Shown: positions 1-10,619, counted from the first letter of the stretch. The stretch is DNA of 64,000 bases from Nitrospiraceae bacterium (GCA_919902665.1 CAKKRK010000001.1:11277-75276), one strand, 5' to 3'. Notes: generated by a model from the sequence alone, not told the origin. A program made the numbers and translations.

Positions 1-283
1 CGATCTCTTCTGGAAATCCCGCATCGAAGAGGAGACAGCCCGCAGGATTGAGTTGAAGCACCCGGTAGTCGAGCCCGATGACCAATATCCCATGGGGTTC
101 AGCTTCCAACATACTCCGGAGTCGCTGCTCATTTTCCTGAAATCGGATTCTTTCGGCCTCCGCGAGGACCCGATCAGTCCGTGCTCGCCAGGATGTCTGT
201 ATAAGGAAAAAGATTAAGGAAGCGATCAGCAAAACATTGGCCGCTGCAATGATCCAGACCATGCTCACGCCATCCACCATCAT
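1..283 (-). CDS. Partial membrane-anchored PAS-domain sensor protein (5' part only, runs off the window)
   Basis: Manual translation from ATG 283: MMVDGVSMVWIIAAANVLLIASLIFFLIQTSWRARTDRVLAEAERIRFQENEQRLRSMLEAEPHGILVIGLDYRVLQLNPAG. This is a TM helix, a coiled coil and a PAS-like start. GGAG lies upstream. Not in the ORF track because there is no stop in the window. Confidence 0.7.
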   Translation of the reverse strand, partial: MMVDGVSMVWIIAAANVLLIASLIFFLIQTSWRARTDRVLAEAERIRFQENEQRLRSMLEAEPHGILVIGLDYRVLQLNPAGCLLFDAGFPEEI

Positions 284-508
284 CGCCCACGCTCCAGGCA
301 CGCCCACGACGCTAGACCAGATCCCTTGCCAGGCCTTCCAGTCCGTTATGTGCTATATCGATTCATTATGTGGCAACTTGCCCGGTAACACCAGGATTCT
401 GCTGAAACATCGTGTGCGTCACGTCAGGGAGCCTAGACGGCAGACACCGTCCAGCCCGATCCTCTTTCCATGTAGCCGACAGCACGATCTGCACGGTATG
501 ATGGGGCC

Positions 509-991
509 ATGATCACCAAAGTGGTGTCTCGCAATCAACTCCTCTCCGTGCTTTCCGGTGAACGGACAAAGGGAAAACAGATCGTGTTCACAAACGGCTG
601 TTTCGACCTGATGCACATCGGACATACCCGGTATCTGCAGGCGGCCAAGGCACTGGGCGATATCCTGGTCGTCGGGGTTAATAGTGATGTCTCGGTTCGT
701 ACGCTGGACAAGGCACCCGACCGACCGATCGTGCCGGAGGCACAACGGGCTGAGGTGCTGGCAGCCTTAGGCTGTGTGGATTTCGTAGTCATTTTTGACG
801 AATCTGACCCTCGCCAGCTTATCGCAGCCGTCCAACCGGATGTCCTGGTCAAGGGAGGGGATTGGATGATTGACCAGATCATCGGCCGCGAATTGGTTGA
901 AGCTCGTGGAGGTGTCGTCAAGACGATCCCGCTGGTTCCCGGTCTCTCCACCACCGGTCTTCTTCAACGCATACGGTCAACCGCGACGTGA
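509..991 (+). CDS. rfaE2: D-glycero-beta-D-manno-heptose 1-phosphate adenylyltransferase (HldE/RfaE domain II)
   Basis: VFTNGCFDLMHIGH (HIGH motif), VVGVNSD, VKGGDW. Confidence 0.93.
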   Translation: MITKVVSRNQLLSVLSGERTKGKQIVFTNGCFDLMHIGHTRYLQAAKALGDILVVGVNSDVSVRTLDKAPDRPIVPEAQRAEVLAALGCVDFVVIFDESDPRQLIAAVQPDVLVKGGDWMIDQIIGRELVEARGGVVKTIPLVPGLSTTGLLQRIRSTAT

Positions 992-994
992 TAC

Positions 995-3900
995 GTGTCT
1001 GAAGCCACCGTCCAACCTACAGCCTGGCTTGCTCCGCTTCGTTTGGCACTCGACCACGAGAAGGCACGTGTCTGCCTTCTCGGAGCGCACGGGCCGACAT
1101 CAGCCTGCGCCCTGACGCTACTCCATCGCGGCAGCCCATGGGTCGTTGTGACCGCGAGCGACGAGTCCGCCGAACGAATGTTCAATGACTTGTGCTTCTT
1201 CTATGGACTCATGGGTCGTCCGGTCGAGGACCTCGCCTGGTTCCCGGAATGGGAAACGCTTCCCTATGAAGCAACGGCGCCGCATGTCGGGTTGATTGCA
1301 CACCGGATGACGACACTCCATCGCCTGCTTATCAACCCACCCACCATTCTCGTCACCTCCGTCGCCGCTGCCATGCATCGTGTCATCCCACGCTCGACAT
1401 TCGAGCAGGCAATCTTTCACTTCCAAACGGGTGCCGCCTTCGAACGGGAATCGCTGATCACCAATCTCCTTCGCCTGGGATACCGACGAGTGTCCGTCGT
1501 GGAAATTCCTGGAGAGTTCAGCGTCCGTGGCGGCATCATTGATGTCTTCTCGACCGCATATGTTAATCCGGTCCGCGTGGAGTTTCTCGGAGATCATGTC
1601 GAATCCATTCGTTTGTTCGACTCTTCGACCCAGACCTCCATCGCAAAATTGAACGAGGGCTGGGTGTTGCCTGCACGAGAATTCGTTCGGCCTCCACATG
1701 CGCCGGAGGCGATCGTACCGATCCCAGCGGATGCTGAGTGGCGAAGCCCTGACTTGTACGATTCTATGGACACACTGTTCGACTATCTCACAGCGGTTCC
1801 TTTCCTCGCGCTCGATCAACCGGATGCACTGGAAAAATCCTGCGAGACTGCCTGGGAGAAGATCGACGACGGATATCTCCGCCATGTCGACCGGGATGCG
1901 ACACAACCATATCCCTCACCCGAACGACTCTTTCTCACCTGGGAGGGCATCCAACAGCGGATCGCGCCCTGGCCCATGTTGGCTCTTGAGCCTCTCGCGG
2001 CGCCGGACTCGACCTGGGATCAGACGTTTTCGTTTTCCGCCCAAGCGCCAGGCACTATTGGACTCGGGATCAGGGGTACTGCCTTCAGCCAGACCCTAAG
2101 CCTGTTAGAAGGGCTCCGGAACGAACATCGTGTCGTCTTGGTCGCGCGAAGCCGCGGGCAAGTTGACCGCTTGCTCGCCTTACTCCGAGAGCACGATTTA
2201 CCTGCCGACCCGTGGAACCCGACGGCCTGGTCCAGCCAGAGAACCGGAAAGCAACCGTTTTATGTGCTGCACGGCGATCTGTCGGCGGGGTTTCTCTCGG
2301 GAGACCTTCGGCTCGCGCTCTTGACGGAAGAAGAGCTCTTCGCGAAGGGCGCCCGCCATAAACCACAGCCGAAAAGCAGAACCGCAACCTTCCTCTCTTC
2401 GCTGGAGGATCTGAACGTGGGCGACTACGTCGTACACGTTCAGCACGGCATCGCCAAATATCGAGGACTCAAGCGCCTGTCGGTCCAGGATTTTGAGAGT
2501 GACTTCCTGATTCTTGAGTTCTCCGGTGGAGACACCCTCTATGTTCCGCTCGACCGATTGAATCAGGTGCAACGGTACGGCGGGGCCGAAGGCCATGTCC
2601 CTCGACTGGATCGCCTGGGCGGTACCAGTTGGGCCAAGACCACGGCGCGGGTAAAGAAAAATATCGAGGAAATGGCCCAAGAATTGATCGATCTCTACGC
2701 AAGCCGCGAACTGGTGAAACGGAATGCGTATGGCACGACCACAACCCTGTACCACGAATTCGAAGCCGCCTTTGAGTACGAAGAAACAGCGGATCAGCTC
2801 AGGGCCATCGGGGACATCGGCCGCGACATGGAGTCGACCAAGCCCATGGATCGGCTGGTCTGCGGGGACGTCGGTTACGGAAAGACCGAAGTCGCCATGC
2901 GCGCAGCCTTCAAGGCTGTGGAACATGACCGCCAAGTGGCAGTGCTGGTCCCGACGACGCTCCTGGCCCATCAACACTATGAGAACTTTTCAGAACGATT
3001 CGCGTCCTTTCCAATGCGCGTCGCGCTGCTCTCACGGTTTCAGTCGTCCAAGGAGACTAAGGCGACCCTGAAGGATGTCGGCGCGGGAACTGTCGATGTC
3101 GTGATCGGCACTCACCGTCTGCTGCAGAAAGACGTGGTGTTCCGGCAACTCGGCCTCGTGATCATCGACGAAGAGCAATGGTTCGGCGTCAAACATAAGG
3201 AACGGCTGAAGCAACTTCGCACCCAGATCGACGTGCTGACGTTAACCGCCACCCCCATTCCGCGCACCCTCCAAATGGCGATGTCAAGCGTGCGAGATCT
3301 CTCGATCATCGATACCCCGCCGGCCGGACGATTGGCGATTAAGACGGAGGTAGTCCGGTTCAGCGAGAAGGCCGTACGAGACGCTATCTTGCGGGAACTC
3401 GGGCGTGGAGGACAGATCTATTTTGTCCACAATCGGGTCGAAACTATGGAGCGAATCGGGGCATGGCTGCACCAATTGGTTCCCGAAGCCCGGATGGTTA
3501 TGGCCCACGGCCAGATGGATGCGAGGCCGCTGGAAGCGGTGATGCTGAAATTCGTGAAGCGTGAGGCGGATGTCCTGATCGCATCGGCCATCATCCAGTC
3601 CGGACTCGATGTCCCCAACGCCAATACCATTATCGTCAATCGAGCTGATCTGTTCGGCCTCGCACAGTTGTACCAGTTACGCGGACGAGTCGGGCGGGGT
3701 GGAGAGCAAGCCTACGCCTACTTCCTCATTCCCGATGAAGGGACACTGACCGGCGATGCCCAGAAGCGATTGATCGCGATTCAACAGTTCACGGAACTCG
3801 GATCCGGATTCCGTATCGCTGCGGCAGACATGGAGATCCGAGGAGCCGGCAACCTTCTGGGCAAGCAGCAGTCTGGTCATATCGCCGCGATCGGGTTGGA

Positions 3901-4441
3901 TCTCTACATGCAAATGGTAGAGCAGGCTGTTCAGCGGTTGAAGGGACATGTGATCGAGGAGGACCCTGACCCGACGCTGCAGTTCCCGGTTTCAGCGTTT
4001 ATTCCGGAGCACTATGTCACCGACCCGCACCACCGCCTGTCCCTCTATAAACGGCTGACAGCTTGTGGTCAAATCGGCGAGCTGGCCCTGCTGCATGGGG
4101 AAATTCAGGACCGTTATGGCCCTCCTCCGGAACCAGTCGAACGACTGCTTGAAGTCATGCAACTCCGGACCCACGCCAAACGCCTTCGCCTGGCCTCGAT
4201 CGAAGTACACGACCAGACGACCAAAGTTGTGTTTCACCCGAAGGCCATCATCCCTGAGCGCTCCGTCCACCGCTTGATGGACCAGCTGAAGAAGCGGCTG
4301 CAGTTCCTGAGCCCCCTCGCTTTTGAGATCCAGATGCGTCAGAGCGACTGGCCCTCGCTTTTTTCGGAACTCAACGCAATCTTGCAAAGCCTTGATCTCT
4401 GTGATACCAAGACCATCCAAAGGGATGCGAATGTCTCGTAA
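995..4441 (+). CDS. mfd: Transcription-repair coupling factor
   Basis: 1148 aa with UvrB-homology region (RGGIIDVF), CarD-like RID (VVHVQHGIAKY), GDVGYGKTEVA, DEEQWFGV, QLRGRVGR, TRG and TRCF C-terminus. Confidence 0.98.
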   Translation: MSEATVQPTAWLAPLRLALDHEKARVCLLGAHGPTSACALTLLHRGSPWVVVTASDESAERMFNDLCFFYGLMGRPVEDLAWFPEWETLPYEATAPHVGLIAHRMTTLHRLLINPPTILVTSVAAAMHRVIPRSTFEQAIFHFQTGAAFERESLITNLLRLGYRRVSVVEIPGEFSVRGGIIDVFSTAYVNPVRVEFLGDHVESIRLFDSSTQTSIAKLNEGWVLPAREFVRPPHAPEAIVPIPADAEWRSPDLYDSMDTLFDYLTAVPFLALDQPDALEKSCETAWEKIDDGYLRHVDRDATQPYPSPERLFLTWEGIQQRIAPWPMLALEPLAAPDSTWDQTFSFSAQAPGTIGLGIRGTAFSQTLSLLEGLRNEHRVVLVARSRGQVDRLLALLREHDLPADPWNPTAWSSQRTGKQPFYVLHGDLSAGFLSGDLRLALLTEEELFAKGARHKPQPKSRTATFLSSLEDLNVGDYVVHVQHGIAKYRGLKRLSVQDFESDFLILEFSGGDTLYVPLDRLNQVQRYGGAEGHVPRLDRLGGTSWAKTTARVKKNIEEMAQELIDLYASRELVKRNAYGTTTTLYHEFEAAFEYEETADQLRAIGDIGRDMESTKPMDRLVCGDVGYGKTEVAMRAAFKAVEHDRQVAVLVPTTLLAHQHYENFSERFASFPMRVALLSRFQSSKETKATLKDVGAGTVDVVIGTHRLLQKDVVFRQLGLVIIDEEQWFGVKHKERLKQLRTQIDVLTLTATPIPRTLQMAMSSVRDLSIIDTPPAGRLAIKTEVVRFSEKAVRDAILRELGRGGQIYFVHNRVETMERIGAWLHQLVPEARMVMAHGQMDARPLEAVMLKFVKREADVLIASAIIQSGLDVPNANTIIVNRADLFGLAQLYQLRGRVGRGGEQAYAYFLIPDEGTLTGDAQKRLIAIQQFTELGSGFRIAAADMEIRGAGNLLGKQQSGHIAAIGLDLYMQMVEQAVQRLKGHVIEEDPDPTLQFPVSAFIPEHYVTDPHHRLSLYKRLTACGQIGELALLHGEIQDRYGPPPEPVERLLEVMQLRTHAKRLRLASIEVHDQTTKVVFHPKAIIPERSVHRLMDQLKKRLQFLSPLAFEIQMRQSDWPSLFSELNAILQSLDLCDTKTIQRDANVS

Positions 4442-5363
4442 TCGAGATCCACATGTACCTCGACGTATGATGCCCTTCCGGTTGCTAATCTTCTGTAGGA
4501 CATATTGTCTCTCTGGGCTGTTTGCCAGCCTCTTAGCCGGTTTGGGGCCGGTGATGTTGGGGTGTGCCGAGCGACAGGAAGAACCGGTTGTTGCCCTGGT
4601 GAATGGGCGCGCCATCACTCAAACCGAATTCGATCTACGCTGGGGCGAGCTCTCCAAAGCCACACGCTCCCGCTACGAGAAGGAGGGGGGCAAGCAACGG
4701 TTCCTGGATGAGCTTATCACCCGAGAGCTGTTGATGCAGGAAGCTCGCCGCCGGGGTCTTGATCAAGACGATACGATTCGAGACAAGACACAACGGTATA
4801 AAGAGCAGTTGATTCTCGACGAGCTATTGAAAGACAAGCTCCAATCGAAGGTTGAGCTCACCCAGGCCGAACTCGACGCTTACTACGAAAAACACGCCAG
4901 CCAACTGTTGGATCCCTTGAAGGCCAATGTCTGGGCGATGCTTCTCCCCAATGTGTATGCCGCCAAAGACCTTGAAGCACAGGTAAATCGAGGCGGTAAT
5001 TTTGCCAAGTTTTCGCAGCGCTACTCGATCGACGAAAAAACGAGATCCAAGGGTGGCGAGCTCGGACCCTATCGAAAAGGTCTGGTCCTCCCCGAAGTCG
5101 ACGCGGTGCTCCACACCCTCAAACTCGGGATCGTCAGTGCGCCGATTAAGACTGACCAGGGCTACTACCTCGTCATGTTGACCCCGCTTGACGAGACTGT
5201 TATTCAAGCCGATTTAGCGAAGCAGGAACGGCTTCGGCAAGAATTACTGGCCGATAAGCGCCGTAAACAATTCGAAGAAGTCATCGCCGACATTCGGGCC
5301 AATGCCGCTGTTCGCTTCGCCGAAGCCTCCCGCTATATCACTGAGGACACCGGAAAACGTTAA
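4431..5363 (+). CDS. PpiC/parvulin-type peptidyl-prolyl isomerase, SurA/PrsA-like, probable lipoprotein
   Basis: Lipobox-like MLGC, VALVNGRAIT, FAKFSQRYSID..KGGELG. Start uncertain. Confidence 0.8.
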   Translation: MSRNRDPHVPRRMMPFRLLIFCRTYCLSGLFASLLAGLGPVMLGCAERQEEPVVALVNGRAITQTEFDLRWGELSKATRSRYEKEGGKQRFLDELITRELLMQEARRRGLDQDDTIRDKTQRYKEQLILDELLKDKLQSKVELTQAELDAYYEKHASQLLDPLKANVWAMLLPNVYAAKDLEAQVNRGGNFAKFSQRYSIDEKTRSKGGELGPYRKGLVLPEVDAVLHTLKLGIVSAPIKTDQGYYLVMLTPLDETVIQADLAKQERLRQELLADKRRKQFEEVIADIRANAAVRFAEASRYITEDTGKR

Positions 5364-5405
5364 CCTCCACTCGGTTTCCACGAACCCGCTGCTTCGTGTA
5401 GAATC

Positions 5406-6425
5406 GTGCATCAGAGCTCTCTACCACGAGATGAACGCATCATGAGACAGATACCGATCGATTCAGAATGGCTGGCTTCACGTGTGTTCCCACTCGCCCT
5501 GTTGATGATCTCGATATGGCCCCCGGCCTTTTCCGAAGCCCGGCTACAAGATCGCATTGTCGCGATCGTCAATTCTGAATTGATCATGTTGTCAGATATG
5601 ACGCGTGAATTTGAAACGGAGCAACAACGGCTTTCTCGCGAACACCAGGGAAGCGATCTGGCCCAGCGGTTGAAAACGGCCGAATATATGGCCTTGACGA
5701 AGCTTATCGAGCGGCGCTTGCAGCTGCAGGAAGCCAAGGCCAAAAAGGTTGATGTTTCTGATCTGGAAGTAAAGCAAGCCCTTGAACAGATGAAGCGACA
5801 AGGCAGTCCCCTCAGCATCACCAATCCAAATGACGTACAGACCGTTCGTGACCAGCTCCTCCTCATGCGAGTCATCGACCAGCATATTCGCGGCAACATT
5901 ACCGTCGGAGATTCCGAGCTGAAGCGGTTCTACCAAGAGCATCGCGATCGGTTCGCTCTTCCCGAAGAGTACCAGCTGAGCCAGATCCTCTTTCAACCCC
6001 GCTCCTCCGATGGATTGGCCGAGGCCTTGACCAAGGCCCGCCGAGCCATGGACGACTTGAAACGAGGTGAAAAATTTGAAGATGTCGCCATGCGCGACTC
6101 CGACGGCGCCAACGCCTTGCAGGGTGGACGACTCGGATTAGTCCGTCAGGGGGAACTCATCCCGACAATCGAGCAAGCCGTCGCTCACTTAGTGCCTGGA
6201 GGGATCTCCGATATCATCGAGAGCCCTGAGGGAATCCAGATTATCCGTATGGATGACAGAAAGCCGAAACAGTTTCGCCCATTCGAGGAAGTCCGGCGAG
6301 AAGTTCAGGAGCTGGTCCATCAGCGGAAGAGCGAGGACATGTATCAGTCTTGGCTGGTGGAACTCAAGAACAAGGCCTACATCGAGATCAAGTTCCAGCA
6401 CGAGACGAGCACAGCCCACCGATAG
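5406..6425 (+). CDS. surA: SurA-like periplasmic chaperone / PPIase
   Basis: DRIVAIVNSELI SurA N-terminus, YQLSQIL, KFEDVAMRDSD..GGRLG, LKNKAYIEI. Confidence 0.8.
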   Translation: MHQSSLPRDERIMRQIPIDSEWLASRVFPLALLMISIWPPAFSEARLQDRIVAIVNSELIMLSDMTREFETEQQRLSREHQGSDLAQRLKTAEYMALTKLIERRLQLQEAKAKKVDVSDLEVKQALEQMKRQGSPLSITNPNDVQTVRDQLLLMRVIDQHIRGNITVGDSELKRFYQEHRDRFALPEEYQLSQILFQPRSSDGLAEALTKARRAMDDLKRGEKFEDVAMRDSDGANALQGGRLGLVRQGELIPTIEQAVAHLVPGGISDIIESPEGIQIIRMDDRKPKQFRPFEEVRREVQELVHQRKSEDMYQSWLVELKNKAYIEIKFQHETSTAHR

Positions 6426-6460
6426 CTGAAGTTTTCATTCGGTAGGATACCCAGACAACT

Positions 6461-6692
6461 ACAGGATGCTCAAAAAGGCCAGCCTTCTCACCCCACCCAG
6501 CCCCGGCGCGCCAAGACGCGCCGTTCCTCGAGCAAGGCCGCAGCGAGCGAAGAAGCGAGGTACATACCAAGCTTCGCTTAAACCGCTCGCTTCGATCACA
6601 TGCGAGTGGATAGGTACTTTACCTCCGCCCTTCCTACGTTGAGCTTCTGAGCGAGGCGAGAACGACGCTGGCGGGCATTTCAGCATCCTGCT
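6461..6692. mobile_element. MITE-like non-autonomous palindromic element (~230 bp)
   Basis: Imperfect terminal inverted repeats: CAGGATGCTCAAA at 6462-6474 and TTTCAGCATCCTG at 6678-6690. Internal GC-rich hairpins, no transposase, located between convergent genes. Confidence 0.7.
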
Positions 6693-6701
6693 GAACCAAG
6701 A

Positions 6702-7322
6702 TCACGCAAGGTCCGTGCGAAGGCTGCCGGCCACGTCGCGAATGGCTCTCCACACCTGATCCCGGCCATCCCCGGTTATCGATGAATACGGAATCAACAT
6801 CTCCCCCTCAGCGAGTCCTAAGACCCGATGGGTCTGCTTGAGCGTACGAACCCGTTCGCCAGGCTTCAACTTGTCGACCTTGGTCGCAACGATGAGGGGG
6901 TTCCGGTGGATCGAACGCAGCCACGCGAGAGTCTGAGAATCCTGGTCGGTTGCAACTCGGCTGTCCACCAACATCACGACGGTGAGCAGCGAGGCTCGGT
7001 CGACAAGATAGTCTTCCATCAGCGGTCCCCATTGGGTGCGGACCGATTTCGACACTTTGGCGAATCCATAGCCGGGCAGGTCCACGAGATGGAATTGCGA
7101 AAGATCCGGGTCGGAGGTCGAAACGAGAAACACATTCACGGCTCTCGTCTTGCCTGGCGTCCGGCTGATTTTTGCCAGATCTCGACGATTGAGCAACGAA
7201 TTGATCAACGACGATTTGCCCACATTGGAGCGCCCCACAAAGGCTACCTCGTGGAGAGTGCCGGAAGGAAACTGTTCTGGAGACACACAACTTTTGATAA
7301 ACTCAGCGGCGATGATTTTCAT
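6702..7322 (-). CDS. engB: Ribosome biogenesis GTP-binding protein YihA/YsxC
   Basis: GRSNVGKSSLIN, SRTPGKT, DLPGYG, TKVDK. Confidence 0.96.
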   Translation of the reverse strand: MKIIAAEFIKSCVSPEQFPSGTLHEVAFVGRSNVGKSSLINSLLNRRDLAKISRTPGKTRAVNVFLVSTSDPDLSQFHLVDLPGYGFAKVSKSVRTQWGPLMEDYLVDRASLLTVVMLVDSRVATDQDSQTLAWLRSIHRNPLIVATKVDKLKPGERVRTLKQTHRVLGLAEGEMLIPYSSITGDGRDQVWRAIRDVAGSLRTDLA

Positions 7323-7338
7323 GGCGTTAGGCTGATCA

Positions 7339-8148
7339 ATGGATTCAAGACAGAAGCCCGATCACAGTCCGACCTTTCTGCGTTACTACACATACGATCC
7401 TCCTCCTCCCAAGTCAACCAGCCGACGCAGGGTGACTCGTGTGCTCCTCTGGAGCACTGCACTCATCGGACTGCCGTTGGGCCTCCTGGCCATGACCTGG
7501 CTGATCCTGCTTCCAGACGTAGACGTCCTTGCAAGGGCCAATCCAAAATCGACGGCGCTTATGGACCATCGGCAGACTCAGGCAAAGCAACAAGGCCGTG
7601 CTGCCCCACGACAGTGGATGTGGATGCCGCTCTCACGTATCTCTCCTCACCTTCGCCATGCAGTTGTGGCAGCTGAAGATGCGTCGTTTTTCACTCACGA
7701 AGGATTCGACTGGGAGGGAATGAAAGAGGCCGCGAAATACAATCTCGAAGCAGGCGAGCTCAAGCGTGGGGGAAGCACGATTACGCAGCAACTGGCCAAA
7801 AACCTCTATTTGTCATCCGAACGGTCCCTGTTTCGAAAAGCACAGGAAGCCCTGATTACGCGTTCACTTGAACAGCATCTGACGAAAAAGCGTATTCTCG
7901 AATTGTACCTCAACGTCGCCGAGTGGGGACAGGGCGTCTATGGTGCTGAAGCCGCGGCCCGTCATCACTTCGGGAAGTCAGCCGATGACCTGACCGTCGA
8001 CGAAGCTGCCTGGCTGGCGGCCATGTTGCCGTCGCCGCGTCGATATGATCCCCTGCGGAAAACCACGTTCCTCACTCGCCGTCACGAACGTATTCTGAAA
8101 TGGATCGATCGGCAATCCGCGCCTCTCGCACCGAACAGCCATGAGTAG
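7339..8148 (+). CDS. mtgA: Monofunctional biosynthetic peptidoglycan transglycosylase
   Basis: N-terminal TM helix, AAEDASFFTHEG, GGSTITQQLAKNLYL, RKAQE, YLNVAEWG. Confidence 0.92.
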   Translation: MDSRQKPDHSPTFLRYYTYDPPPPKSTSRRRVTRVLLWSTALIGLPLGLLAMTWLILLPDVDVLARANPKSTALMDHRQTQAKQQGRAAPRQWMWMPLSRISPHLRHAVVAAEDASFFTHEGFDWEGMKEAAKYNLEAGELKRGGSTITQQLAKNLYLSSERSLFRKAQEALITRSLEQHLTKKRILELYLNVAEWGQGVYGAEAAARHHFGKSADDLTVDEAAWLAAMLPSPRRYDPLRKTTFLTRRHERILKWIDRQSAPLAPNSHE

Positions 8149-8164
8149 AGCCTCCAAACCGCAG

Positions 8165-8608
8165 TTACTCCGAATATTCCGAAGCGTCACCCACTTCACC
8201 AACATCCTGTTCGCCGAAGATCGCTGATTCATGGGTGTAATGTTTGAATTCAATCAGATTGCGTGACGGGTCTTCCAGAAAGAATGTACGATGCTCAATG
8301 CGGGTCCCAGAAAAGCGCACCCGCGGCTGTTGGTAGAAAGAGAGGCCCTTCGCCTTAGCCCGATCTGCCAATGCCTGCCAATCCTGTTGCGATAGGAAAA
8401 CCAGCCCGAAGTGGCGCGGGTAGATGCCTTGCTGCTTCAAGGGTTGTTCCGCCGCGAGGTGTGCGACGAGCTGATGGCCATTCAGACCAAGCGTGATGGC
8501 GTGTTTAGACCGCCGCCCCACGGCACATCCGAGACCGTCCACATAGAATCTCAGAGTCGCGTCGAAATCATGAATCGGAAAGGCGAGGTGAAACAAACTC
8601 TTGCTCAT
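8165..8608 (-). CDS. VOC/glyoxalase family protein
   Basis: FHLAFPIHD, HQLVAH, RHFGLV, FFLEDPSRNLIEFK. ATG overlaps the stop of iaaA (ATGA). Confidence 0.85.
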   Translation of the reverse strand: MSKSLFHLAFPIHDFDATLRFYVDGLGCAVGRRSKHAITLGLNGHQLVAHLAAEQPLKQQGIYPRHFGLVFLSQQDWQALADRAKAKGLSFYQQPRVRFSGTRIEHRTFFLEDPSRNLIEFKHYTHESAIFGEQDVGEVGDASEYSE

Positions 8609-9489
8609 CGAAACCTGTCTTTCACCGTCGGCTCTCCCTTCCCATCCCACCATCCAGCCGCCATATGGGGCGTCACATGGGCGATGGTGAATCGTCTTTG
8701 AGGGGTGAGGACCAACGCGCCGGCGGTCCCCTGAATTCTAGTCACCAACCTCTGGAGGACAACTCGCGCCACCTGCGCTGGACTCTTTCCTTGTCGTAAT
8801 CGGTCACAGATCTCTTTGGCGATCGCCAAACGCATGATGCCCTCGCCCAATCCTGTCATCGATACCGCACCGGTTTCATTGTCCGCATAGACCCCGCAGC
8901 CGATGATCGGCGTATCCCCGACTCGGCCTGGCAACATGCGATCAATCCCTCCTGTTGAGGCGCCGGCGGCAACCGTCCCTGTCTGATCCAGAGCCACAGC
9001 CCCAACCGTCCCATGCCGATCCCGATTGTGTGCGGTTTTTCGGAGAACCGTTTCATAGGAAAACCGGCGCGGCTTGCCCGTGAACGGTTGGCGGTCCATC
9101 TTGAAATGCCTGGCGAACTTCGTCGCCATCGGCCCCATAAGCAACACATGATCCGTTTCTTCCATCACGAGCCTGGCGGCGCTGATCGGATGCACGATAC
9201 CTTCGATCGAGGCCACCCCACCGGCGCGCAAACTCTCGCCTTCCATGACGGATGCATCCATCCGCCGCACTCCGTCGAGTTGCAGATGCGCTCCTGTTCC
9301 CGCATTAAAGAGTCCACTGCGCTCAAGCACACGGATGGTCTGTTCAACGGCAACGACCGCGGAGCTGCCCCGATCCAACAAGTGATACCCGACTTGCAGC
9401 GCGGCACGCAGGTAGGCGCCTTGCGGTGAGGTCATCGCACGAGGGCCGGCACCCCCGTGCACGAGGATGATGGGGCGGACAGATTTCAA
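8605..9489 (-). CDS. iaaA: Isoaspartyl peptidase / L-asparaginase (Ntn hydrolase)
   Basis: VHGGAG, FNAGTG, MDASVM, HGTVGAVA (Thr nucleophile), STGG..GRVGDTP. Confidence 0.92.
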   Translation of the reverse strand: MKSVRPIILVHGGAGPRAMTSPQGAYLRAALQVGYHLLDRGSSAVVAVEQTIRVLERSGLFNAGTGAHLQLDGVRRMDASVMEGESLRAGGVASIEGIVHPISAARLVMEETDHVLLMGPMATKFARHFKMDRQPFTGKPRRFSYETVLRKTAHNRDRHGTVGAVALDQTGTVAAGASTGGIDRMLPGRVGDTPIIGCGVYADNETGAVSMTGLGEGIMRLAIAKEICDRLRQGKSPAQVARVVLQRLVTRIQGTAGALVLTPQRRFTIAHVTPHMAAGWWDGKGEPTVKDRFR

Positions 9490-10058
9490 TTCAAGAGCAA
9501 GTCCTGTGTCTTCCGATAGGCAGGATTCTGCATGCGATCGAGATCGGACCGCACAAAACCCAGACCCGTCACACAGAGCTCAAAGTTCTCGGACAGTTTT
9601 TGAAACAAGGGCAAGCTGGTGTCCGCATCATCACGTCCGATCTGCGCGACGATTCCGTACGATCGCTTGCCGGTCTTCACATAGTCCACGAGAAAGTCCT
9701 TGTGATAGATGCGCCCAGCCGTTTTAAGCCGTCGAAGATACTCAGGAAACAATCCCGCCATGAACAGGGTGAAATCACCGATATGGCGATGCACATCTCG
9801 TTCACGGTCCAGCGATTGGGCTTCGAGCATGACCTCGGACTCGAAGAGTAAGTCCACAATCGAATCGACCTGCTGATTCTCTCGATTTCTGATCTTATAG
9901 AGCTGATCCGTAGAGGTAAAATCGACTAAAAGATTTGAGACGTATGACGTGACCTTGGCATCGGGCCAGCCGAGATGTTCCATAAAGCTCTTCTCGGTTA
10001 AGGCACCGAAGAGTTGTCGGAGCGGGTGGCGTAGCGGAACTTGAGTGCCCATCTCCAC
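9486..10058 (-). CDS. Conserved hypothetical protein (190 aa)
   Basis: Good RBS (AGGAGG), overlaps the iaaA start, protein-like motif RHIGDFTLFMAGLFPE. Confidence 0.75.
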   Translation of the reverse strand: MEMGTQVPLRHPLRQLFGALTEKSFMEHLGWPDAKVTSYVSNLLVDFTSTDQLYKIRNRENQQVDSIVDLLFESEVMLEAQSLDRERDVHRHIGDFTLFMAGLFPEYLRRLKTAGRIYHKDFLVDYVKTGKRSYGIVAQIGRDDADTSLPLFQKLSENFELCVTGLGFVRSDLDRMQNPAYRKTQDLLLN

Positions 10059-10169
10059 CTCCTAAGAAGTCTGATGAGGCTCGTGTGCAGTATACCAGAT
10101 CCCGACTGGGAACCGATTTCCACTCTGATTGATTCTATCGGAACTCCACTGCCGGATCTTGAGCCTGGA

Positions 10170-10619
10170 TTAGCATCCCTCCCTGCTGTCCACCACGAAC
10201 GTCACCGGCCCATCGTTCACCAAGGCCACCTGCATATGGGCGGCAAACACACCCGTTTCAACCGGCGTCCCGCATGCCCGCAAATCCGCTGCGACCTGTT
10301 CATAGAGGCGCTTGGCCAGGTCTGGAGGCGCAGCCCCGTCAAAACTGGGGCGGCGTCCGTTGGTTGTCCGGCCCAACAGCGTGAATTGGGAGACCAACAG
10401 CACCCCTCCACCGACATCCGTGAGCGATCGATTCATCTTTCCCTGCTCATCGGCGAAGATGCGGAGGGTCCGGATTTTGTCGACCAGATACTTCGCGTCA
10501 GACGCGTCATCGCCTTTCGCGACACCCAACAACACCATCATACCCTGTTGGATCCGGCCCACAACCTTCCCATCGACTTCCACTGAGGCACTGGTAACGC
10601 GCTGAAAGACTGCTCTCAT
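10170..10619 (-). CDS. dtd: D-aminoacyl-tRNA deacylase
   Basis: [29 protein letters not shown]. Confidence 0.96.
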   Translation of the reverse strand: MRAVFQRVTSASVEVDGKVVGRIQQGMMVLLGVAKGDDASDAKYLVDKIRTLRIFADEQGKMNRSLTDVGGGVLLVSQFTLLGRTTNGRRPSFDGAAPPDLAKRLYEQVAADLRACGTPVETGVFAAHMQVALVNDGPVTFVVDSREGC

